IMG/VR virus record: IMGVR_UViG_3300048849_000141
Span: 1-43,177 of that record
Strand: one strand, 5' to 3'
DNA: 43,177 nt
DNA from: a virus
Lineage: Duplodnaviria > Caudoviricetes
Shown here: piece by piece, positions 25,264-34,521 of the stretch
How the letters are laid out: each line of letters starts with the position of its first letter
Position numbering within the stretch: the first letter of the stretch is position 1
The notes under the pieces: model-generated
What the model saw: only the letters and a program-made list of their open reading frames with translations
Told to the model about the DNA's origin: nothing
Databases searched by the model: none
Made by a program: the position numbers and the translations under genes

Positions 25264-26478
25264 ATGTCTGAAGTAAATGAAGTACTGAAGCAGGTTACTG
25301 CCAGCATCAACGAAGCCAGCGGCAAGTTTAATGCTAAAGCTGAGGAAGCGCTGGCTGAGGCGAAAAAATCTGGTTCGCTGTCAACTGAGACCAAAGCGGC
25401 AGTGGATAAAATGGCGAGTGAGCTTAACGCCATGCGTGAAGCAGAAAAAACGCTGAAGGCTGCGCTTGGTGATCTGGAACAACACGTTGCGCAGATGCCG
25501 CTGGCAAATGCTAAAGGCGTTATCGAAACCGTAGGTAGCCAGGTTATTTCTTCCGAAGCGCTGAAAGCTTTTTCGGCGAGTATCGAAGGTAACAAGCGCC
25601 TTAGCATTCCGGTTAAGGCCGCGCTGCTGTCCGTTAACGTGCCGGGTCAGATCGTAGCGCCAGACCGCCTGCCGGGCATCGATCAGCAGCCGAAACAGCG
25701 CCTGTTTATCCGCGACCTTATTGCACCGGGGCGCACTGAGTCCAATACCATCTACTGGGTTCAGCAGACCGGCTTTACCAATAATGCAGCGACGGTCGCT
25801 GAGAACACCACCAAACCGTATAGCGGTATCACTTTTGCGGAAAAAATCACGCCAGTCCGTACCATCGCGCACCTGTTCAAAGCCGCAAAGCAGATTCTGG
25901 ATGATATGCCACAGCTGCAGTCGACGATTGATGCTGAGCTACGCTACGGCCTTAAGTACGTTGAAGAGCAGGAGATTTTGTTCGGTGACGGCACCGGCAC
26001 GCACCTGAATGGCATCGTGCCGCAGGCATCTGCATATGCTCCCGCTTTCAGTGTGGCGAATCAGACCGGTATCGACGACCTGCGACTGGCTATGCTGCAG
26101 GCGCAGCTGGCACGCTTCCCGGCGTCCGGCCATGTACTGCACTTCATGGACTGGGCGAAGATCGAGCTGACTAAGGATTCTCTGGGGCGTTACATTCTGG
26201 CGAACCCGGCTGGGCTGGCCGGTCCTACGCTATGGGGGCTGCCGGTAGTCGCGACCGAAGCGGCTGCTTTCCAGGGTAAATTCATGACGGGCGCATTCAA
26301 TGCCGGTGCGCAGATTTTCGATCGCGAAGATGCCAACGTGGTTATCTCCACTGAAAACGCCGACGACTTTGAGAAAAACATGATCTCAATCCGTTGTGAA
26401 GAGCGTCTGGCGCTGGCCGTTAAGCGTCCTGAAGCGTTCGTTTACGGTTCCTTCACCGCACCTGCTGCAGCTGCATAA
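25264..26478 (+). CDS. Major capsid protein, HK97 fold
   Basis: N-terminal delta coiled coil; E..ILFGDG; F.KN...IR.EERLAL.V.RP.AF. Confidence 0.95.
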   Translation: MSEVNEVLKQVTASINEASGKFNAKAEEALAEAKKSGSLSTETKAAVDKMASELNAMREAEKTLKAALGDLEQHVAQMPLANAKGVIETVGSQVISSEALKAFSASIEGNKRLSIPVKAALLSVNVPGQIVAPDRLPGIDQQPKQRLFIRDLIAPGRTESNTIYWVQQTGFTNNAATVAENTTKPYSGITFAEKITPVRTIAHLFKAAKQILDDMPQLQSTIDAELRYGLKYVEEQEILFGDGTGTHLNGIVPQASAYAPAFSVANQTGIDDLRLAMLQAQLARFPASGHVLHFMDWAKIELTKDSLGRYILANPAGLAGPTLWGLPVVATEAAAFQGKFMTGAFNAGAQIFDREDANVVISTENADDFEKNMISIRCEERLALAVKRPEAFVYGSFTAPAAAA

Positions 26479-26519
26479 CAGCAACGGCGGCCTCTGGGCC
26501 GCCTTTCCGGGAGTTACAT

Positions 26520-26813
26520 ATGAAACTGCTTTTGATTAAACCGAATTACTTCGGCGGCACGGTTGTGTCCGAAGGCAACACCATTGAGACCACCGAACAG
26601 CACGGTCGCGAGCTGATTAAGCTGGGCTATGCCAGTGAGGTGGATGACAACGCAGCAGAGAAAGTGGCAGCTGAGGCGAAGGAAAAAGCCGAAGCGCTTA
26701 CGAAGGCTGAAGAAGAGGCCAAAGCAAAGGCCGCTGCTGAAGCGCAGGAAAAAGCGGATGCTGAAGCCAGCGCGAAAGCTGCAGCTGAGGCGAAGGAAAA
26801 AGCCAAAAAATAA
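26520..26813 (+). CDS. Small head-associated protein with Ala/Glu/Lys-rich tail
   Basis: GGAG RBS; follows the MCP; low-complexity C-terminus with a 24-bp direct repeat. Confidence 0.7.
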   Translation: MKLLLIKPNYFGGTVVSEGNTIETTEQHGRELIKLGYASEVDDNAAEKVAAEAKEKAEALTKAEEEAKAKAAAEAQEKADAEASAKAAAEAKEKAKK

Positions 26814-26822
26814 GGCGTTGTC

Positions 26823-27152
26823 ATGCTGCTGACACTTGAAGAAATTAAACAGCAGTGCCGACTGGAGAGCGATTTCACGGAAGAAGATAGGCTGCTTGAG
26901 CTTTTTGCGCTGGCCGCTGAGGCAAAGGCGGTGACCTACCTCAACCGCAATCTTTATAAAACGGTGGCAGATATTGCACCGCTTGATACGGACGGCATGG
27001 TCATTACCGAAGATATCCGGCTTGCCCTGCTGATGCTGGTCAGTCACTGGTATGAGCATCGCAGTTCAGTGTCAGAGCTGGAAATGACGGAGACGCCGCA
27101 GGCGTTTGAGTTCCTGCTCTATTCGCGGCGTCTGCCGGTGTCGGGGTATTAG
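26823..27152 (+). CDS. Head-tail connector (HK97 gp6-like)
   Basis: LEEIK..CR...A.LMLV.HWYEHR. Confidence 0.9.
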   Translation: MLLTLEEIKQQCRLESDFTEEDRLLELFALAAEAKAVTYLNRNLYKTVADIAPLDTDGMVITEDIRLALLMLVSHWYEHRSSVSELEMTETPQAFEFLLYSRRLPVSGY

Positions 27153-27153
27153 C

Positions 27154-27543
27154 ATGCAGCGACGCTCATCAAATACCAGTGCCGTTTACACGCTGCCCGA
27201 TCCCGGTGAGCTGAATAAGCGTATTCACCTGCGCCAGCGCATCGACCAGGCAGCAGCTGATTACGGTACAGAGCCGGTCTATCAGAATGAAAAGGACGTG
27301 TGGGCGAAGGTCCGGCAGGTGGGTGCTACCACCTATCACGAATCCGTTCAGGCTGATGACACCATAACCCACTACATGACTATCCGTTACCGCCGGGGCA
27401 TCACTTCCGATTTTGAGGTGGTTTACAGCGGCTACGTGTATCGAGTTAAGCGCCTGCGAGACCTCAACTCTGCCGGTCGCTATCTGCTGCTGGAGTGCGA
27501 GGATCTGGGCGCTGTGGAGCGTGAAGGAGAGATGTATGGCTAA
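27154..27543 (+). CDS. Head closure protein
   Basis: GELNKRI...VWAKV...TH..TIRYR...LLLEC. Confidence 0.85.
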   Translation: MQRRSSNTSAVYTLPDPGELNKRIHLRQRIDQAAADYGTEPVYQNEKDVWAKVRQVGATTYHESVQADDTITHYMTIRYRRGITSDFEVVYSGYVYRVKRLRDLNSAGRYLLLECEDLGAVEREGEMYG

Positions 27544-28042
27544 GCCGCTTCTGCACGTTGATTTTCAGCAGCCAAAAGACCTCGTTTTCAACCGGGCCAA
27601 AATGCGCCGCGCCTTTATTCAGATTGGTCAGGTGCATATGCGTGATGCCCGGCGCTTGGTCATGCGTCGTGGCCGTTCTGCTCCGGGCGAGTATCCGGGA
27701 TTCAGAACCGGCAGGCTGGCGCGGTCCATCGGCTATTACGTTCCCCGCGCATCAAAAAGCCGTCCGGGCCTGATGGTGCGCATAGCGCCAAACCAGAAGC
27801 GGGGCGAGGGCAACCGCCTCATTGAGGGTGACTTTTACCCCGCGTTTCTGTTCTACGGCATCAAGCGTGGGTCTAAGCGCAAAAAGAGTCACCACAAGGG
27901 CAAGTCCGGTGGCAATGGCTGGCGTGTTGCGCCACGCAAAAACTACATGACCGAAGTGCTGGAGGCGCGCAAAACGTGGACACGTTATGTGCTGACCCGT
28001 GCGCTACGCACCTCCCTTCGTCCTGAAAGGAAAAAGAAATGA
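27536..28042 (+). CDS. Tail completion/neck protein (HK97 gp10-like)
   Basis: SAPGE.P..RTG.LARSI motif; basic; synteny. Confidence 0.75.
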   Translation: MAKPLLHVDFQQPKDLVFNRAKMRRAFIQIGQVHMRDARRLVMRRGRSAPGEYPGFRTGRLARSIGYYVPRASKSRPGLMVRIAPNQKRGEGNRLIEGDFYPAFLFYGIKRGSKRKKSHHKGKSGGNGWRVAPRKNYMTEVLEARKTWTRYVLTRALRTSLRPERKKK

Positions 28043-28884
28043 AGCTATCACTGGTGATCGCCGCTCTCCGGGCACGATGTCCGATGTTCGTGGGTAACGT
28101 AGCCGGGGCGGCTGAATTCAAGTCTATCCCCGAAACCGGAAAGATGCGTCTGCCGGCGGCGTATGTCGTGCCGACAGAAGACGTCACTGCAGAGCAGAAG
28201 TCTCTCACTGACTACTGGCAGAATGTGACCGAAGGATTTGCGGTAGTCGTGGTGCTGGACAATACGCGCGACGAGCGCGGTCAGGCAGCCGGTTATGACG
28301 CCGTGCATGATGTCCGGCAACAAATCTGGAAGGCGCTGCTGGGCTGGGAACCTGATTCAGATGCAGGCCCGGTGGCGTATTCCGGCGGACAGCTTCTGGA
28401 TATGGACCGGGGCCGACTCTACTACCAGTTTGAATTCATGCTGACGCGGGAAATCACTGAAGAGGACACGCGCCAGCAGGATGACCTTGACGCCCTGGAT
28501 GAATTGAAAACGGTCGAAATCGACGTTGACTATATCGATCCGGGTAACGGGCCTGACGGCATCATTGAGCACCACACCAAAATCAACCCAGCGAGTAAAT
28601 CATGCAACTCAGACCCAAACGCGGGCGGTCAGTCCCTGACCCTGTCCGGGGCGATCTGCTGCCTTCAGAAGGCCGGAACGTCGAAGAGAGCAGCTACTGG
28701 CACCGCCGCATTGCGGATGGTGATGTCGAAGAAGTCAGTGCGGAAGAAGAAAAGCCCGCAGCTGACGCCAAGAAAAAGGGCGGTGAATAATGTCAGTCTC
28801 GTTCCCCAATATTCCGTCAGACCTCCGCGTGCCGTTGTTCTGGGCGGAGATGGACAACAGCGAAGCGAACACCACGCAAGATAG
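28039..28884 (+). CDS. Tail terminator-like protein; ORF probably extended by a frameshift near 28589
   Basis: LPAAYVVP...KALLGW.P...YQF.F; the expected end is about 28598. Confidence 0.7.
   Translation: MKLSLVIAALRARCPMFVGNVAGAAEFKSIPETGKMRLPAAYVVPTEDVTAEQKSLTDYWQNVTEGFAVVVVLDNTRDERGQAAGYDAVHDVRQQIWKALLGWEPDSDAGPVAYSGGQLLDMDRGRLYYQFEFMLTREITEEDTRQQDDLDALDELKTVEIDVDYIDPGNGPDGIIEHHTKINPASKSCNSDPNAGGQSLTLSGAICCLQKAGTSKRAATGTAALRMVMSKKSVRKKKSPQLTPRKRAVNNVSLVPQYSVRPPRAVVLGGDGQQRSEHHAR
28602..28790 (+). CDS. DUF2635 protein (Mu gp38-like)
   Basis: P..GRSVPDP.RG..LP.EGR.V....YW.RR...GDV. Confidence 0.88.
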   Translation: MQLRPKRGRSVPDPVRGDLLPSEGRNVEESSYWHRRIADGDVEEVSAEEEKPAADAKKKGGE

Positions 28885-30286
28885 CGGCCCATCGCTGCTG
28901 ATTGGCTTTGCCTCTGCCGACAGCTCCATCGTTAAAAATAAGCTCACCATCATGCCGTCAGCGGCACTGGCGGGTAAGGTTGCAGGTCGTGGCAGCCAGT
29001 TAGCCCGTATGGTGGCGCGCTATCGTGCCGTCGATCCATTTGGTGAGCTGTGGGTTATCGCGGTAACTGAGCCTGATGGCGAGACCGCCAAAGGGACTGT
29101 GACGCTAACCGGCAACGCACAGGCGTCAGGTTCGCTGAGCCTTTATATTGGCGCGGTACGCGTTCAGGCCGATGTGGTAACCGGCGATGCCCCTGCAGCA
29201 GTGGCCGCCACACTTGCAGCCGCAATTAACGCTAACGCAGACCTGCCCGTGACAGCAGCAGCAGCAGCTGGTGTGGTGACGCTCACTGCCCGCCACAAGG
29301 GGCTTACCGGCAACAGCATTCCTCTGGCGCTGAACTACTACGGCACCGTAGGGAGCGAAACCACGCCTGACGGGGTTAACGTTGTTATTGCTGCGATGGC
29401 AGGCGGTACGGGTTCACCGTCACTGACTGCAACCGTGGCCGCGATGGGCGATGAGCCGTTTGACTTCATCGGCACGCCGTTCAGTGATTCCGCCTCGCTG
29501 GCGACGCTGGCGCTGGAAATGAACGATTCTTCCGGGCGCTGGGGCTATGCACGACAGCTTTACGGTCACGTCTACACGGCAAAAATCGGCACGCTCTCCG
29601 ACCTGGTGGCCTTCGGTGACACTATGAACAACCAGCATATTACCGTTGCCGGTTATGAGCTTGCTGTTCAGACAGCATCAGATGAGCTGGTCGCGCTGCG
29701 TACCGCCCGTAACGCGGTATTTATCCGCAATGACCCGGCCCGACCGACTCAGACCGGTGAGCTGAACGGCGCATTACCGGCACCGGCAGGCAGCCGTTTT
29801 ACCCTGACTGAGCAGCAGTCGCTGCTGAAGCACGGTATTGCCACGGCCTACGCTGAGAGCGGCGTGCTGCGCATTCAGCGCGATATTACCACCTATCAGA
29901 AAAACGCCTATGGCGTGGCGGACAACAGCTACCTGGACAGTGAAACGCTGCATACCAGCGCTTACGTTATCCGTCAGCTGAAAAGCATCATTACCAGTAA
30001 GTACCCGCGCCACAAGCTGGCGAATGACGGTACGCGCTTCGGTCCGGGTCAAGCCATTGTGACGCCTGCAGTGCTGAAGGGTGAGATGTGCGCCAGCTAT
30101 CGCGCGATGGAGCGGGCGGGGATCGTGGAGAACTTCGATCTCTTCAAGCAGCATCTTGTGGTAGAGCGCAACGTCAGTGACCCGACCCGTGTGGACGTCC
30201 TGTTCCCGCCGGATTACGTCAACCAGTTGCGCGTGTTTGCGCTGCTTAATCAGTTCCGTCTGCAATACAGCGAGGAGACCGCGTAA
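28790..30286 (+). CDS. Tail sheath protein (Mu gpL-like)
   Basis: SF..IPS..RVPLF.AE.DNS.A; DPARP.QT; PD.VNQLRVFA. Confidence 0.93.
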   Translation: MSVSFPNIPSDLRVPLFWAEMDNSEANTTQDSGPSLLIGFASADSSIVKNKLTIMPSAALAGKVAGRGSQLARMVARYRAVDPFGELWVIAVTEPDGETAKGTVTLTGNAQASGSLSLYIGAVRVQADVVTGDAPAAVAATLAAAINANADLPVTAAAAAGVVTLTARHKGLTGNSIPLALNYYGTVGSETTPDGVNVVIAAMAGGTGSPSLTATVAAMGDEPFDFIGTPFSDSASLATLALEMNDSSGRWGYARQLYGHVYTAKIGTLSDLVAFGDTMNNQHITVAGYELAVQTASDELVALRTARNAVFIRNDPARPTQTGELNGALPAPAGSRFTLTEQQSLLKHGIATAYAESGVLRIQRDITTYQKNAYGVADNSYLDSETLHTSAYVIRQLKSIITSKYPRHKLANDGTRFGPGQAIVTPAVLKGEMCASYRAMERAGIVENFDLFKQHLVVERNVSDPTRVDVLFPPDYVNQLRVFALLNQFRLQYSEETA

Positions 30287-30642
30287 TGGCAAAAATTGCG
30301 GGTACAGCATACGTCAAGGTGGACGGCCAGCAGCTGTCGCTGACCGGCGGCATTGAGGTGCCGATGAACACCAAAGTGCGTGATGACGTGATCGGCCTGG
30401 CTGGTGACGTTGATTACAAAGAAACGCACCGTGCGCCTTACGTCAAAGGCACCTTCAAAGTTCCGAAGGCGTTTCCTGTCACCAAGCTGATGGATTCAGA
30501 CCAGATGACCATCACTGCCGAACTGGCTAACGGCATGGTTTACGTGCTGTCCGAAGCGTTCCAGTTCGGTGAAGCTAACCACAATGCGGAAGAGGGTACG
30601 GTAGACCTCGAATTCCACGGCTCAGAAGGATTTTATCAGTGA
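30286..30642 (+). CDS. Tail tube protein
   Basis: IAGTAY.KVDG...AELANG..YVL..A; follows the sheath. Confidence 0.88.
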   Translation: MAKIAGTAYVKVDGQQLSLTGGIEVPMNTKVRDDVIGLAGDVDYKETHRAPYVKGTFKVPKAFPVTKLMDSDQMTITAELANGMVYVLSEAFQFGEANHNAEEGTVDLEFHGSEGFYQ

Positions 30643-30908
30643 GTGAACTGCAACTTTCAAAACCTATTACGGCACATGGCGAAACCCTTCATGTGCTGGA
30701 GCTGCGTGAGCCAACGGGCAAGGATGTCCGTGAGTTGGGCTATCCCTATCAGATGAATCAGGATGAGTCCGTAAAGCTGCTGGCTCATGTGGTGGCTAAA
30801 TACATCAGCCAACTGGGCGGTATTCCTCCCAGCTCGGTTGATGATATGTCGCCATCAGACCTTAATGCTGCTGGCTGGGTAGTTGCCGGTTTTTTCCTTC
30901 AGGCCTGA
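30639..30908 (+). CDS. Tail assembly chaperone (G-like)
   Basis: L.KPI..HGE....L.LREPT.KD; ends GFF after a slippery site. Confidence 0.85.
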   Translation: MSELQLSKPITAHGETLHVLELREPTGKDVRELGYPYQMNQDESVKLLAHVVAKYISQLGGIPPSSVDDMSPSDLNAAGWVVAGFFLQA

Positions 30909-31057
30909 CAGCTAAAGAGCTGCTTAATCTGTACTTCGATTGCGCCAGTTACTGGCGCATAAATCCTCTGGAAGTCCTGAGCGAGGACTTAAAAAGCCTG
31001 CAATTACTTATCGACCAGGCGAACCGGATAGAACGGGAGCGAAAAGCCAATGGCTGA
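30890..31057 (+). other. Programmed -1 frameshift (T TTT TTC) giving the GT-like extended chaperone
   Basis: Slippery heptamer at 30890-30896; -1 frame open to TGA 31055-31057, filling the gap to the tape measure gene. Confidence 0.8.
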
Positions 31058-33068
31058 ATTTGAACTGAAGGCGCTTATCACTGGCGTTGACAGGCTTTCA
31101 CCTGCACTTGGCCGTATGCAAAAGAACCTGCGCCGGTTCCGTAAAGACGCAGAGGAGGCGGGTAAGGGTGGTATGGCTATGGCAGGCGGTCTTGCTGCCG
31201 GGCTGACAGGTTCGCTGGTTGCTTTTGCCAAACAGGAAGACGCTGCCACTGGCTTAAAGGTTGCCATGATGGATGCCAGCGGCGCAGTCGGTTCGGACTT
31301 CGAAAAGATCAATAAGCTGGCTATAGGCCTCGGCAATAAACTGCCGGGCACCACTGCTGACTTTCAGAACATGATGCAGATGCTTGTCAGGCAGGGTATT
31401 CCGGCCCAGAACATTCTAAGTGGTGTTGGCGAAGCTTCTGCTTATCTGGCAGTTCAGCTCAAGAAAACGCCCGAAGCGGCTGCAGAGTTTGCTGCAAAAA
31501 TGCAGGATGCTACCGGCACAGCTTCAGAAGATATGATGGGATTATTTGATACGATCCAAAAAGCTTTTTACTTGGGCGTCGATGATACCAACATGCTCTC
31601 TTTCTTTTCTAAGACCAGCTCCATTTTAAAAATGGTCAGTAAAGATGGCCTGACTGCAGCCCGCGCCCTGGCACCAATTTCGGTGATGATGGATCAGATG
31701 GGGATGGAGGGGGAGGCTTCCGGTAACGCCCTCCGAAAAGTATTCCAGGCGGGCTTTGATGGTAAAAAGATGAAGGCAGCCAACAAGCTGCTAAGTCGAA
31801 AAGGTATTCAGTTAGATTTTACCGATGGCAAGGGAGAGTTCGGCGGCCTTGATAATCTTTTCAAGCAACTGAATAAGCTTCAGTCATTAACAACAAAACA
31901 AAAAACCACCATCATTAAGCAGATATTCGGTGATGACGCCGAAACACTACAGGTGCTAAATGCGCTAATTGATAAAGGTAAAACCGGCTATGACCAGATT
32001 CAGGAGAAAATGGGAAAGCAGGCGGACCTTAATAAGCGCGTTAATGCTCAGCTAAGCACACTTTCGAATATCTGGGAGTCATTGACCGGTACAGCGGTCA
32101 ATGGTCTTGCGGCAATCGGCTGGGCCTTTGCTGGTGATGCTAAAAGGCTGGTGGGCTGGCTGGGTGACATGTCAGAGCGCTTTACTGAGTTTGCTGACAA
32201 AAACCCGAGGGTTATTCGTGGTGCATTTGGCATCGCAGCCGGTTTTGTCGGAATGAAGCTGGGGCTGCTGGGAATTAACTTTGCGCTGGGTATTTTGGGG
32301 CAAGGCCTGAAGCTCTCACCTATGGGTTTATTCCTTAGACTTGCTGCGTTGGGAATTGGATTGTTGATTTCTGATTGGGATAAGTTCGGCCCGGTAGTTG
32401 AGAAAGTCTGGACAAAAATAGATGGCCTGGCAGGTGCGCTGGGGGGTATGAATGGGATCATTACAGGAATTGGTGGATTGATGGCCGGGGCGTTTACGCT
32501 TCAGGTTATTGGCTCACTAACGACCGCAACAACCAAGGCAGGTGGACTGCTCGCCATATTGAGCAAAATAAGCAAACTAAGCGCCCTCACAGTATCGATA
32601 GCTGTAGCTCTTTATATGTTCCAAAAGCTGGAAGAAATATCAGATGCCGCAACTCAGAAAGATGGTACCGCCTCATTCTGGGAGTCGTTGAAACAGCGAT
32701 GGAAGGCTGGTGGCTGGTATAATAACCAGAAGAACTCTGATTCTGGCGCACTCAAACTTCCTGAAAAAATCCCTTCCGCCCCATTAGAAGTAGCTTACAA
32801 AGATGGCGACTTAAAACCTTTCTGGGAATCTATGAAGGAAAGCTGGGGCGCTGGTGACTGGTTCAAAAATCAGAAGCAGAGTGGTATTGGCGATCCTCAA
32901 ACGATTAGCAGTAACATTTCACTTCTTCCACCCGCAAATGAACCTTCCCGCCAGGGAGAACTTAAGATCAGCTTTGAAGGTGCTCCGCCAGGAATGCGGG
33001 TAGCTCCAGTTGGTGGAACGCTCCCCTGGCTTGATGTAGACGTAGGTTACAATCGATTTTCAAATTAA
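31050..33068 (+). CDS. Tape measure protein
   Basis: FELKALITGVD.LS; TP901-like core; hydrophobic C-terminal half. Confidence 0.9.
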   Translation: MAEFELKALITGVDRLSPALGRMQKNLRRFRKDAEEAGKGGMAMAGGLAAGLTGSLVAFAKQEDAATGLKVAMMDASGAVGSDFEKINKLAIGLGNKLPGTTADFQNMMQMLVRQGIPAQNILSGVGEASAYLAVQLKKTPEAAAEFAAKMQDATGTASEDMMGLFDTIQKAFYLGVDDTNMLSFFSKTSSILKMVSKDGLTAARALAPISVMMDQMGMEGEASGNALRKVFQAGFDGKKMKAANKLLSRKGIQLDFTDGKGEFGGLDNLFKQLNKLQSLTTKQKTTIIKQIFGDDAETLQVLNALIDKGKTGYDQIQEKMGKQADLNKRVNAQLSTLSNIWESLTGTAVNGLAAIGWAFAGDAKRLVGWLGDMSERFTEFADKNPRVIRGAFGIAAGFVGMKLGLLGINFALGILGQGLKLSPMGLFLRLAALGIGLLISDWDKFGPVVEKVWTKIDGLAGALGGMNGIITGIGGLMAGAFTLQVIGSLTTATTKAGGLLAILSKISKLSALTVSIAVALYMFQKLEEISDAATQKDGTASFWESLKQRWKAGGWYNNQKNSDSGALKLPEKIPSAPLEVAYKDGDLKPFWESMKESWGAGDWFKNQKQSGIGDPQTISSNISLLPPANEPSRQGELKISFEGAPPGMRVAPVGGTLPWLDVDVGYNRFSN

Positions 33069-33070
33069 AG

Positions 33071-33095
33071 ACCCGCTCTGGCGGGTTTTTTATTT
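33071..33095 (+). terminator. Rho-independent terminator
   Basis: ACCCGC-TCTG-GCGGGTTTTTTATTT. Confidence 0.7.
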
Positions 33096-33108
33096 CCCGG
33101 AGCTAACC

Positions 33109-34521
33109 ATGAGTTGGATTGACAATCTGCAGGATGCCTCGCTGCGGGGCGTCCCGTTCAAGGTTGAAGAAGATGAGTCCACCTTTGGCCGCCGGGTGCA
33201 GGTGCATGAGTACCCGAATCGCGACAAGCCATGGGCGGAAGATTTAGGACGGGCAACGCGGCGCTTCAGCGTTCAGGCGTATCTGATTGGAGATGACTTC
33301 TTTGAGCAGCGTAACCGACTGATTGAGGCCATCGAGAAGCCGGGAGCCTGCACACTGGTGCATCCGTTCTACGGCGAAATGACAATTACCGTTGATGACG
33401 CAGTGCGTATCAGCCATTCACTGAGTGAAGGCCGCATGTGCCGTGTAAGCTTCAGCTTTATTGAAGCGGGCGAACTGTCATTTCCGACCGCAGGGCTGGC
33501 AACGGGCCAGAAACTTACCTCTTCAGTGTCATTCCTGGACGATGCCATTTCATCGGCGTTCGGTGCCTTTGGCATGGATGGGCTGCCGGACTTCCTGCAG
33601 GACGGTGTTCTGGATGAGGCGACAGGCATGTTCAGCAATGTTACCAGCGCATTTCAGTATGTTGATTCAGGTGTCAGCGCGGCATCACGCCTGCTGCAGG
33701 GTGACCTGTCGGTGCTGCTCAGGCCGCCGTCCAGTGGAATGAGTTTTGTTAATCGCCTGCAGTCCATGTGGCGGGCAGGTTCACGGCTCACCGGTAACGC
33801 ATCTGACCTGATGGCAATGATTAAGGGGCTGACCGGCGTCACGGTCGATTCTGGTCTTGCCCCGCGCGGTGTGTGGAACACCGACAGTAAAACAGCTCAG
33901 GCGCAGACTATCCAGCGTAATTACGTGGCGCAGGCGGTGCGTACCACGGCGATCAGTGAAGCCGCGGCGGCGGTCACTAACCTTCCTCAGCCAGCAAACC
34001 GAACAGTTACACGCCAGCAGGACCCGCTGCAGCCAGTCAGGGTTTCGCATCCGGCCGTCAGCAACATTCAGCCGGTAGCTGCTGACACTACCGCAGCATC
34101 AGTATCGTCTGCAGCGACAGTGACTGCAGTCTACACATCAGCGGCTTCCGCCACCACAGCCTCAGCTTCATCAGGGGTAACATCATCAACCGACAACGGT
34201 ACCGTCATCACATGGGACGACCTTGCTCAGGTGCGTGACAGCCTCAACGAGGCCATTGATCGTGAGATGGAGCGCGTTTCCGATGACGGGCTGTATCAGG
34301 CGCTGGTCACCGTGCGAACTGACCTTAATCGTGATATCTCAGCCCGGCTTGAGCAGGTCGAGCGCATGACAGAGCGCACACCGAAACAGGTAATGCCCGC
34401 ACTGGTGCTGGCCGCTGACTGGTACGACTCTGCATCCCGCGCCGGTGACATTACCGCACGCAACGGCATTCGCCATCCCGGCTTCGTGCCGGTTCAGACA
34501 CTCAGGGTGCCGGTACGATGA
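33109..34521 (+). CDS. DNA circularisation/tail protein (Mu gpN-like)
   Basis: W...LQDAS.RGVPF...GRR.Q.HEYP.RD....EDLGR; RNGIRHPGFVP. Confidence 0.9.
   Translation: MSWIDNLQDASLRGVPFKVEEDESTFGRRVQVHEYPNRDKPWAEDLGRATRRFSVQAYLIGDDFFEQRNRLIEAIEKPGACTLVHPFYGEMTITVDDAVRISHSLSEGRMCRVSFSFIEAGELSFPTAGLATGQKLTSSVSFLDDAISSAFGAFGMDGLPDFLQDGVLDEATGMFSNVTSAFQYVDSGVSAASRLLQGDLSVLLRPPSSGMSFVNRLQSMWRAGSRLTGNASDLMAMIKGLTGVTVDSGLAPRGVWNTDSKTAQAQTIQRNYVAQAVRTTAISEAAAAVTNLPQPANRTVTRQQDPLQPVRVSHPAVSNIQPVAADTTAASVSSAATVTAVYTSAASATTASASSGVTSSTDNGTVITWDDLAQVRDSLNEAIDREMERVSDDGLYQALVTVRTDLNRDISARLEQVERMTERTPKQVMPALVLAADWYDSASRAGDITARNGIRHPGFVPVQTLRVPVR

Noticed and set aside
24966-25872. Long antisense ORFs over the protease and capsid genes, and similar ones in the tail genes
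   Set aside because: Antisense shadows from codon bias of conserved structural genes.
34075-34200. Ala/Ser/Thr-rich stretch in the gpN-like gene
   Set aside because: In-frame low-complexity linker with no intein or mobile-element hallmarks.
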